From assembly GCA_963719515.1 (NCBI GenBank), contig CAVRCJ010000010.1:672001-736000 (forward strand): 64,000 nt of DNA, given 5' to 3'. Every line of letters begins with the position of its first letter. Position 1 is the stretch's first letter. The position numbers were made by a program, and so were the translations under genes. The notes beneath the pieces were generated by a model that searched no databases, was not told where the DNA came from, and saw only the letters and a program-made list of their open reading frames with translations. This DNA comes from an uncultured cyanobacterium. Lineage in GTDB: Bacteria; Cyanobacteriota; Cyanobacteriia; CAKZMO01. Of the stretch, positions 1 through 7,829 are shown one piece after another.

Positions 1-516
1 TATCAGCGCTACGCGGTGCCGGCGCTGCTCAAGCCTCAGGGTCTGCGTAACGAGAGCCAAAAGATTTTGGAGCATTTGGGCATCAAAGCTGACGTCAATC
101 CTGGTCGTCTGATCACCCCCGAAATTGAGGAGCTGATCGGACGGCGGCTTAACCTCAGGGACCCTGAAAATATTGACCGGCTCAACCGCCTTGTAGAAGG
201 CCCGACCGCACCAGGCATTCACGCTTCAGAAAATCGCCACATCAGCGTCGATTGGCAATATATTCCCCACGCCAAAATGGTTGTAGACTTTTTCCGCTAT
301 CTCTTCAGCGCTTCTAGCCCCCTCAAATCGGGCGAAAATGACTTTGACGTCAGCGAGCTAGCCGTTTGGAGCGAGGGGAAAGCGCTAGAGTCTCAAGACT
401 TCAGCGCGTTTCTAGAGATGATCAACTATTTCAACCTCGGGCGTTATACTACGGAAGACAAAAGCCGGTGGACGCCCGTTGTTTCACCCGACAGTTTGCC
501 GCCAAGCGAACCTTAA
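1..516 (+). CDS. hypothetical protein (5'-partial)
   Basis: Frame is open from position 1 to TAA at 514-516; no recognisable motif. Confidence 0.6.
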   Translation, partial: YQRYAVPALLKPQGLRNESQKILEHLGIKADVNPGRLITPEIEELIGRRLNLRDPENIDRLNRLVEGPTAPGIHASENRHISVDWQYIPHAKMVVDFFRYLFSASSPLKSGENDFDVSELAVWSEGKALESQDFSAFLEMINYFNLGRYTTEDKSRWTPVVSPDSLPPSEP

Positions 517-551
517 CGAAACTTCTAGCCCGTCAGCTCGAAGGAGACATT

Positions 552-959
552 ATGACCAAGTACAACGACGACCATGTCGTCATCAATATGGAAGGCGAAA
601 GCGATCGCCACCACAGAACGGGGCCAATGACGGAGATTGGCCGCGGTATGGGCAGTATCTTTTGGGGAATCCGCAATCCCCTCCGCACTGGGCTGCGAGG
701 GTTTGGGCTATTTTGCTCGACCATGGGGTTGATTGCGGTTGGTGCTGGCGTGGTTTATATGATCAAAGGGGAGCATGGCCCAGCGCGCTTGAGTTCTCAC
801 CCCGTCGATCTCGGACGCTGGGGCGCGAAGAATCTGGTATCTCCTCTGTTTGAGCCTCTCCTAGATAGACCCAAAGAGTCTGACAACATTATTACCGGCG
901 CTCGCGACAAGCCCATCGAGTCTTTAGAAGATCTCTACCGGCGCGATTCTGAAGAGTAA
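552..959 (+). CDS. hypothetical membrane protein
   Basis: AAGGAG RBS before ATG at 552; hydrophobic segment FGLFCSTMGLIAVGAGVVYMI. Confidence 0.65.
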   Translation: MTKYNDDHVVINMEGESDRHHRTGPMTEIGRGMGSIFWGIRNPLRTGLRGFGLFCSTMGLIAVGAGVVYMIKGEHGPARLSSHPVDLGRWGAKNLVSPLFEPLLDRPKESDNIITGARDKPIESLEDLYRRDSEE

Positions 960-995
960 GGGGTCTAACTCCTGAAAGAATTCTGAGGACTAGGA

Positions 996-2096
996 ATGGC
1001 TCGGATCACGATTGTTAATCAGCGGCTGTTTTCCTCCCCTAGAGCGCGGAGGCAGCGGCGGTTTAGCACCGGTTTGTCTACTCTCATCATGGCTATTCTA
1101 CTGGTGGGTCTGTGGTTCTCTCCTTGGAGGGATTCAGCTTGGCAGAGCGTTCGCCACCTTTACGGTCAGCTGCGGCTGAGACACCTAGGTCGCGTCGTTC
1201 CAGGAACCTACAGCGGCTATACCCTCACCCAGCATCAGGCCGACGTCGCCAACGCAATTATCCGCGCTGGAATATCGGCGGGCGCTAGCGAATACGACAT
1301 CAAGGTTGCGCTGATGACGGCGCTAGCCGAGAGCGATTTGCGGGCGTTGGACTACGGTGATTTAGATTCTATCAATGCGTTTCAGCAGCGGCCTTCTCAA
1401 GATTGGCCTGACACTACCGACACGTTCACGGCGGCGCGAGCCTTCTTCGACGGCCACGGCACTAATATAGGGCTCTTGGACATTCGCGATCGCCTCCGCC
1501 GCGATGCGGGGTCCCTGGCCCAAGAGGTGCAGCGGTCGGCTTACCCAGAGCGCTACGGGGAGTTTGAGCAAGTTGCTGAGGAAATCGTCTTTACGGCCCG
1601 TAAGCCGCTAGAGGAAACCCGGTCGCTGACGGACGTCGCCCTGAGCGCCCTCAACGCTCGCCCAGAGGAACAGGTCTTTCCGCTCAAGGGTAAAACCATC
1701 GCCTCCAGCGAGGTGACGAGCGAATTTGGCTGGCGCTATGGAGGGGGCCGGCGGGAGGGGAGCGAGCGTAATTTTCACCAGGGCATTGATTTGGCCTGCG
1801 CCTACGGAGAACCCGTTACCGCTGTAGAAGCGGGGGTGGTGGAGCATGTCAACAGCGACCCGGACGGCTACGGCGCTCAGGCGATCGCCCTGATTGCCCG
1901 AGACGGCACGGAGTTTTTGTATGGCCACATTCAAAAGCGGCTGGTTCAAAACGGAGAGCTGGTGAACGCAGGGGCGATTGTGGCGGAGTGCGGCAGCGAA
2001 GGGAACAGCAGCGGCCCCCACCTGCATTTTGAGATGTGGTACGGCAGTCAGCCGAAAAATCCACGGGGGTACCTGGAGGGGCTGGGGCCGAGCTGA
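996..2096 (+). CDS. membrane-anchored peptidoglycan hydrolase: lysozyme-like domain + M23 peptidase
   Basis: N-terminal TM; TALAES...FQQRPSQDW...AQEVQRSAYP domain; M23 motifs HQGID, YGH and GPHLHFE. Confidence 0.85.
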   Translation: MARITIVNQRLFSSPRARRQRRFSTGLSTLIMAILLVGLWFSPWRDSAWQSVRHLYGQLRLRHLGRVVPGTYSGYTLTQHQADVANAIIRAGISAGASEYDIKVALMTALAESDLRALDYGDLDSINAFQQRPSQDWPDTTDTFTAARAFFDGHGTNIGLLDIRDRLRRDAGSLAQEVQRSAYPERYGEFEQVAEEIVFTARKPLEETRSLTDVALSALNARPEEQVFPLKGKTIASSEVTSEFGWRYGGGRREGSERNFHQGIDLACAYGEPVTAVEAGVVEHVNSDPDGYGAQAIALIARDGTEFLYGHIQKRLVQNGELVNAGAIVAECGSEGNSSGPHLHFEMWYGSQPKNPRGYLEGLGPS

Positions 2097-2110
2097 TTAG
2101 GGCAGTCAGT

Positions 2111-3064
2111 CTAGCGGAAAAAGCAGGTGGTGCCGCTGTAGAGCAAAGTGACTTCAGCATCTGGGCTATCGCCGCTGAGAATGCCGCCAAGGCCGCCCTC
2201 AAAAAACTCGAAGCCCAGCGTGCTCTCCTGCACATCAGCATCCACAATCTGGTCTAGCTCACGGCGGGTCAGGCCGACGCCAATGCCGTTCAGCGTCGTC
2301 AGTCGCTCAGCGCCCGCGCCGCCACTGACGACCCACCCCGCGAACTCCCCTTCCGACGACAACACCGCCAGCCCATCGGGCCAGCCCGTAATCGTGAGCG
2401 GACCCGCGCCGCATTCTGGATTTAGGCCGCGCTCGCTCGGCTCTCCCCGCAGGTTGGTCAACACCGAAACCAGGTCGCTATCCGCCAGACCAAACGGCAG
2501 CGCTCGCGTCGACCCCGTTGATGGGTTCACCAGCCGCAGCCCCTCTGAATCAAGGGCCAGAACTGAGGATTGCGCTTCAGGTTGGGCCGTCCGCCAGCGG
2601 TCAGCCTGCTCCAAACACCCATCGATAAACTGGTTGAAGACCCAGCCATCAAACGGCTCAAAAACCACCCAGCCGTCAAACGGCTCGTTCTCGCCCGGCG
2701 GAAAGCCAAACACTCTGGCGGCTAGCTTCACCCAGTTGCCTGCGCGATATTCGGCCCGCACCCCATCCCCACTGTTGAGCTGGGTAACCGTTGTGTACTC
2801 AAGCCCCGGCCCTCGACGAATGTTAACGTTGTCCCCGGTGATCAAGCTGCAGGCGGTGGTTTCCTGTAATTCAACGGCGTAGTCGGCGTTATCGGAGTCT
2901 AAGGGCGCTTGGGCCAGGGGCAGTGATGTAGACTCTTCCAGAATCCTGGGTTGGCCCAGCAGGAGCGGCGCACCGTCTGCGGCATCGGCAGCGCTCGGAC
3001 AGAGCAGCGACGCACATAGCCCCACAAACCAGACGTGAGCAGACAAGACTTTAGAGAGGGGCAT
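2111..3064 (-). CDS. exported SH3-domain protein
   Basis: Signal peptide; SH3b motif VNIRRGPGLEY...NWVK...GWV; C-terminal domain with ECGAGPL. Confidence 0.75.
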   Translation of the reverse strand: MPLSKVLSAHVWFVGLCASLLCPSAADAADGAPLLLGQPRILEESTSLPLAQAPLDSDNADYAVELQETTACSLITGDNVNIRRGPGLEYTTVTQLNSGDGVRAEYRAGNWVKLAARVFGFPPGENEPFDGWVVFEPFDGWVFNQFIDGCLEQADRWRTAQPEAQSSVLALDSEGLRLVNPSTGSTRALPFGLADSDLVSVLTNLRGEPSERGLNPECGAGPLTITGWPDGLAVLSSEGEFAGWVVSGGAGAERLTTLNGIGVGLTRRELDQIVDADVQESTLGFEFFEGGLGGILSGDSPDAEVTLLYSGTTCFFR

Positions 3065-3105
3065 AGCGGCGAATCAGTAGGGTAAGGCGGGCAAACCGGT
3101 GAGGC

Positions 3106-3156
3106 TTTAATTTCACTGGTAAGGTTTTAATTTCACTACGGTTTTAATTTCACTAC
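3106..3156 (+). repeat. three direct repeats of TTTAATTTCACT in a divergent intergenic region
   Basis: Core at 3106-3117; two perfect 17-mers GGTTTTAATTTCACTAC at 3123-3139 and 3140-3156. Confidence 0.85.
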
Positions 3157-3305
3157 AAAAGCGTAGCAGCACCAGCAGAGGTGTTGCTACCGAGGCCAGC
3201 AACGATTTGTAAATTCCCGCCTTGTAATCAATTGTTACAATTGAAGAAGGCGTTGTTCGCTCAGAAAGATTCCCCGAAAGTATTTGCCTAGCCCTCGGCT
3301 TTGCC

Positions 3306-4982
3306 ATGAACTGTACCCTCGTCTGGTTCCGCCGCGATCTCCGCATCCACGACCACGCTCCTCTCTACCGCGCGGCGCGACGCGGCGCGGTGGTGCCCGT
3401 GTTTGTTCTAGACAGGGCTCTGTTGCACCACCCCGAGACTGCCCCGGCCCGCGTCCAGTTCATGCTAGAGAGCCTCGGCACCCTAGATCAAGACCTGCGA
3501 TCGCGCGGGGGACGGCTTATTTTGCGCTACGGCGACCCGGTAGACATCCTGCCTGAGCTGGTGCGGCAAACCCAGGCCGAGGGCATCTACGCCTACGTGG
3601 ACTTTGAGCGGATCTACGGGCGGGTGCGGGACGCCAAGCTCAACCAGAGGCTAGCCGAGCGGGGCATGAAGATCCGTTGGTTTGAGCCCCCGGGCACCAC
3701 TTCTAAGATGGTGTCCTACCCCCGCTACCGCAGCCTGTGGTTTGAGCAGATGAACGAGCCGCAGGTCCCTGCGCCTCAGCAGGTGACGGTGCCCGAAGAC
3801 GCGATGAGCGATCCGCTGCCCAAGCTCAGGGAGCTGGATCTTTTCCCCGACGGCAAGCCCATGCCGCCCGCAGGCATCGCGGCGGCGCGGCGGCTATTGA
3901 CAGAGTTTTTAGAGCAAAAGACCGAGCGCTATTACTGGCAGCTCTCTTACCCTGGCGCAGAGGCCACTTCCGGCATCAGCCCCCACGTCAAGTTTGGCGC
4001 GATTTCCGTGCGGGAGTGCTACCAGACGGCCCGGGCTTTCGAGGCCACCAGCTACCGCACCCGGCGCAGCCAGGAGCAGTTCATCTCCCGGCTGCGGTGG
4101 GGCAGCGGCTTCGCTCAGCGGTTCCGCTACCTGCCCCAGCTAGAGCTGCGATCGCTCTACAAAGTCTTTGACGAAGACGGCTGGGAGTTTGACGACGGGC
4201 TGTACGAGGCCTGGCAGCAGGGGCAGACAGGCTTCCCCATCGTTGACGCCGCTGCCCGCTGCCTAATGGAGACAGGAGGATGGCAGGCGCTGAACTTTCG
4301 CAGTCGGGCGCTGTACGCCAGCTTTTTAAGCAACCTGATGGGTATAGACTGGCGATTCGGGGCACTGCACTTTATGCGCCACCTAATAGACGGCGACTGC
4401 CCCATTGACCATTACCAATGGGCCATGCAGTCGGGGGTGACCCACTGCGTGAATCAGACCTGGACCCGCATCTACAACCCGGAGCAGTGCGCCGTAGACC
4501 GCTGTGACCCGGAGGGCACCTTTATTAAGCGCTGGGTGCCTGAGGTGGCGCACTTGGCCCCCTGCCAGCTGGGCTTTCCCCCCCGGCTGAAGAACTACCC
4601 GCCCCCAATTTTGAACTACCGCGAGGCGAGGCAGAAGCGCGTGGCGCAGCTAGAGCGGCAGCGGCAGCCGTTTTTGGCTGAGGCCAACCTGCTGCCCCAC
4701 CTGGCTCAGATGCCTGCGTCGGTGGTGCCCTTTGGCAGCGAGCGCCCTTTCGGGCGGGTCTCCGACCAACGCTACGAGAGTGAGGTGGGCTGGGCTGAGG
4801 AGGAGCATTTGCCCCTGTTTCCGCTGCCGCTGGATTTGGCGGCGCTGGGTGAGGGCGAAGCCAAGGCGCTGCGCAGCTGGTTTGTGGCCAGTCGACGGGT
4901 GCCGTCACGGGGGACCGGCAGACAGCAGAGGGCGCAGTGGCAGAAGGCGGAGGCGCCAGGGCAGCTTTCGCTGCTGGGCTAG
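3306..4982 (+). CDS. cryptochrome/photolyase family FAD-binding protein
   Basis: WFRRDLRIHDH, TSGISPHVKFG, GQTGFPIVDA, LIDGD, RIYNP, FIKRWVPE. Confidence 0.92.
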   Translation: MNCTLVWFRRDLRIHDHAPLYRAARRGAVVPVFVLDRALLHHPETAPARVQFMLESLGTLDQDLRSRGGRLILRYGDPVDILPELVRQTQAEGIYAYVDFERIYGRVRDAKLNQRLAERGMKIRWFEPPGTTSKMVSYPRYRSLWFEQMNEPQVPAPQQVTVPEDAMSDPLPKLRELDLFPDGKPMPPAGIAAARRLLTEFLEQKTERYYWQLSYPGAEATSGISPHVKFGAISVRECYQTARAFEATSYRTRRSQEQFISRLRWGSGFAQRFRYLPQLELRSLYKVFDEDGWEFDDGLYEAWQQGQTGFPIVDAAARCLMETGGWQALNFRSRALYASFLSNLMGIDWRFGALHFMRHLIDGDCPIDHYQWAMQSGVTHCVNQTWTRIYNPEQCAVDRCDPEGTFIKRWVPEVAHLAPCQLGFPPRLKNYPPPILNYREARQKRVAQLERQRQPFLAEANLLPHLAQMPASVVPFGSERPFGRVSDQRYESEVGWAEEEHLPLFPLPLDLAALGEGEAKALRSWFVASRRVPSRGTGRQQRAQWQKAEAPGQLSLLG

Positions 4983-5078
4983 GAGCGGGTGACCTGAGCA
5001 CTACTCTAGGATTGCCGTCAGCATTTGGAATAGTTCATTGAGGTCGGCAGGAACGCGGTGAAGGCTGAGGTCTTGCTC

Positions 5079-5106
5079 TGACCTTACCCCGAAAAAGTGG
5101 ACACCC
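5079..5106 (+). mobile_element. orphan IS3-family-like terminal inverted repeat
   Basis: TGACCTTACCCCGAAAAAGTGGACACC resembles IS3-type ends (TGATCTTACCC...AGTGGACAC); no transposase nearby. Confidence 0.45.
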
Positions 5107-5117
5107 CCAAAGAGAGG

Positions 5118-5489
5118 CTAAAGCTGAGAGATTTGTTCTGCTAATTGAAAGTCTAGATCGGTTAAACCGTCCGCATCGTGGGTGGTGAGCCTTAGGGTGA
5201 CGCGGTTGTAGCTGATGGTGATGTCGGGATGATGGCCTAATGCTTCGGCGGGTTCTACTAGACTATTGACGAAGGCGATCGCTTCCACGAAGTCGGCGAA
5301 GCTGCGCTGATACTGCAGGGTCTGCCCTTCTCGGCTCCAGGGTTCGGGAAGCGTCTGCAGGCGCTGGGTGATTTCGGTTTCGGTGAGGGGCGCGGGGTGA
5401 CTGGCCGTGGGGGGCGAGAGGGCGACCGCTTGGTGGGCGAGCAGCCAAATTAGGCTGAGCGCTATGAGCAGGACCGGGATACGTTTCAT
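5118..5489 (-). CDS. pterin-4-alpha-carbinolamine dehydratase with N-terminal signal peptide
   Basis: AEALGHHPDI...YNRV...LTTHDADGLTDLDFQLA; hydrophobic leader MKRIPVLLIALSLIWLLA. Confidence 0.88.
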   Translation of the reverse strand: MKRIPVLLIALSLIWLLAHQAVALSPPTASHPAPLTETEITQRLQTLPEPWSREGQTLQYQRSFADFVEAIAFVNSLVEPAEALGHHPDITISYNRVTLRLTTHDADGLTDLDFQLAEQISQL

Positions 5490-5613
5490 TGTGGTGATGT
5501 TTTGGGGATGGGTGAGTATAGCCATTAGCGGGCGATCGCTCTATTTTGTAGGCAATAATTGACCTAGCGCGTTTGCCTCGGGCAGCCGTCTTGTTCTTGC
5601 TTTCACCTACAGT

Positions 5614-5758
5614 ATGTCTTCTAGCCCTGATGCTCAGACCATCTTATTTTTGGCGTCTAACCCAGACGGGCTGCGGCGCTGTTGCCCCCGACAACGTCAC
5701 CATCGTTGCCGGTGAAGAAGGCGGGCGAATTCACTTTCTGCGTCTAGAGCGCGGATAA
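5614..5758 (+). pseudogene. collapsed CHAT...WD40 gene remnant
   Basis: ATG 5614 gives MSSSPDAQTILFLASNPDGLR (CHAT-like start); another frame ends AVAPDNVTIVAGEEGGRIHFLRLERG* (terminal WD40-like). Confidence 0.6.
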
Positions 5759-5807
5759 AACCCCAAAATGCCCGACGCCGCTTCAGCATGGCGGTAGCTT
5801 AATCTCA

Positions 5808-6729
5808 ATGGGTAAGCCCATCAAGCCCATACCTACCTCAATGTTTGAGCCATTCATCCCGCCAGAAGCGCAAAAAATACGGGATCCAGAAGCGATCGCT
5901 CTCTTGCGTCAGCTCCGCCGCTACCCGATTGCGGTACCGGGCTGGGGAGAAGTCGCCACCGCTGCCATTACCCCCCAGACTAGCCAGCCGTGTGACCCTG
6001 CCCCTTTGCTGCTGCTGCACGGCTTCGATAGCTCCCTGCTAGAATTTCGCCGCCTGGTGCCTCACCTGCCCCACTGGCCGCTATACGCCCTGGATCTACT
6101 GGGATCGGGCTTTACAGCCTGCCCTGCCACCGTACCCGTCACCCCGCAGACCATCCGGCAGCACCTGTATCACAGCTGGAAGGCCCTGATCGATCGCCCC
6201 GTTACCTTGCTGGGGGCGTCCTTGGGCGGGGCGGTGGCGATGGACTTTGCCTTGGCTCACCCGGAGTGTGTGGCGCGGCTAGTGCTTGGTAGATAGCGTC
6301 GGCTTTTCCGGCAGCTTTACTTTGGGGCCGTGGCTGGGGACGCCGCTGCTGGCCCTGGGGGCGGACTGGCTTCGCTGGCGGAAGGGCATGGCCTTTCATA
6401 CGCTGAATGCCTTGGCTCAGGTAGGAGGCGACCCTGACCTACCGGATATGGTGCTCTGCGCCTCACTGCACCAGGGGATGCCGGGGTGGCAGCGGGCGGT
6501 GGTGTCCTTTAGCCAAAGCGGCGGGTATGGGGGCTTGGCAGCGCGAATTGGTAATATCGCGCTGCCGACGCTGATTTTGTGGGGCGATCGCGACAATACT
6601 CTGGATAGAGAAGACCCCTATCGCTTTGAGCGGGCGATCGCGGACAGTCGTTTGGTGTGGATTCGCGGTGCGGGGCATGTGCCCCACCTGGAGCAGCCGG
6701 ATGCGGTGGCGCGATCGCTGCAGCTTTGA
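5808..6729 (+). pseudogene. alpha/beta hydrolase split by a 1-nt frameshift near 6286
   Basis: HGFDSS and GASLGG in ORF 5808-6296; ILWGDRD and GHVPHLE in ORF 6286-6729; removing one base restores RLVLVDS. Confidence 0.85.
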
Positions 6730-6765
6730 CCGACCCCCGCATCTATACAGACGGCGATTATGGGG

Positions 6766-7140
6766 CTAGCGCAGAGGCCGCTGCTGCACCAGGTAGCTGA
6801 GCACCTGGCCTTGGGCGGGGGTGATGTGGACACCCTGCTCCCCAATGGCAATCAGCGGGGTCCATAGCCGCCATTCCACGTACTGCAGCACGTGCAGCCG
6901 GTTGATGGCGTGGCGAACGCCTTCGGGGGAACCGATGATGATGTGACGCAAATGTGAGTCTTCGACTGGTCCTGAAGGACCAACACAGCCGGGAGCTGGG
7001 GAGGGCTCGATCAGGGTAGGGATAGCGGGTTCGGCTTCTAGAGGGGAGTCTAGCCGCTGCGCGAGCTGGTCCGCTGCGGGGTTTTGGGCCGCTGCGAACT
7101 GTGCCGCCCGATGGGGCAGCGAAAGGTATTGAGTTGTCAT
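6766..7140 (-). CDS. small conserved hypothetical protein (IGSP..V..AI.RLH family), copy A
   Basis: Paralogue of 59451-59873; both end with HITPAQGQV.SYL. Confidence 0.75.
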   Translation of the reverse strand: MTTQYLSLPHRAAQFAAAQNPAADQLAQRLDSPLEAEPAIPTLIEPSPAPGCVGPSGPVEDSHLRHIIIGSPEGVRHAINRLHVLQYVEWRLWTPLIAIGEQGVHITPAQGQVLSYLVQQRPLR

Positions 7141-7360
7141 GAGGGACTCCGTTTTGTGGATTGTGTTGGAGTCCCCCGCCGACCGGACATCCGCGACGTT
7201 TTGGGGTTTGGGATGGCCGGGTAATATCATTACTCCAGGCCGGTCCCGATAGCCAACACCTATCGTGGGGGCTTAGGAGCTGCATGTTGTGACTGCAACA
7301 TGTGGCTCCGCCCAGACCGAATCTTTGGGAGACTAGAACCATGGGGACCACGGCTCATAG
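7141..7360 (-). ncRNA. candidate structured 5' leader RNA, copy A
   Basis: Series of hairpins and sequence boxes shared with 59874-60095; GGGACTCC/GGAGTCCC hairpin covers the RBS. Confidence 0.55.
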
Positions 7361-7366
7361 CTCCCG

Positions 7367-7395
7367 AGAATAGATCATTTGTGGGCGGGTGGCAA
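7367..7395 (-). promoter_or_regulatory. sigma70-type promoter, copy A
   Basis: TTGCCA-N17-TATTCT; conserved with 60102-60130. Confidence 0.6.
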
Positions 7396-7447
7396 GAGGG
7401 CAAGGTGGGTTTCTGCTTGGGGGTTGACGGTTGGTGTTGGGCGATTG

Positions 7448-7681
7448 AGCGATCGCTTTCCCATCTATGCGCGGCTCGGGGTGCCGGAGATTTGGCGATA
7501 CGACGAAGGGACGCTGACGGTTTACCGAGACGGCGATCGCTACCGCGAGAGCGAAACCAGTTTGGCCTTTCCCACGCTGCCCGTGCAGGAACTGCCTGAA
7601 CTAATCCAGGACTATCGCCTGCAGGGTCAGCGGTTGATGCGGCGAGCGTTTCGGCAGTGGGTAAAGGATCGAGCAGGTTAA
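7448..7681 (+). pseudogene. Uma2-family endonuclease C-terminal fragment
   Basis: DRFPIYARLGVPEIWRYD...SLAFPTL...RAFRQWV; homology begins at the HIP1 site 7449-7456 with no start codon. Confidence 0.75.
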
Positions 7682-7829
7682 TCGCTTACTCAATGGGTAA
7701 GAACTGGGCGATCGCAGACGAATCGAGCATAATCTTAAGAGATAAGCAAACAAACGTACTGACTAAACTGGTAGCCTTGAAAGGGCGCGATCGCTTACCA
7801 TAGACGCTACCGCTAGTACCGCTTCTGCA

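Noticed and set aside
7379..7447. N-terminus of the 100-aa Uma2 ORF in the track
   Set aside because: Non-homologous sequence overlapping the module-A promoter
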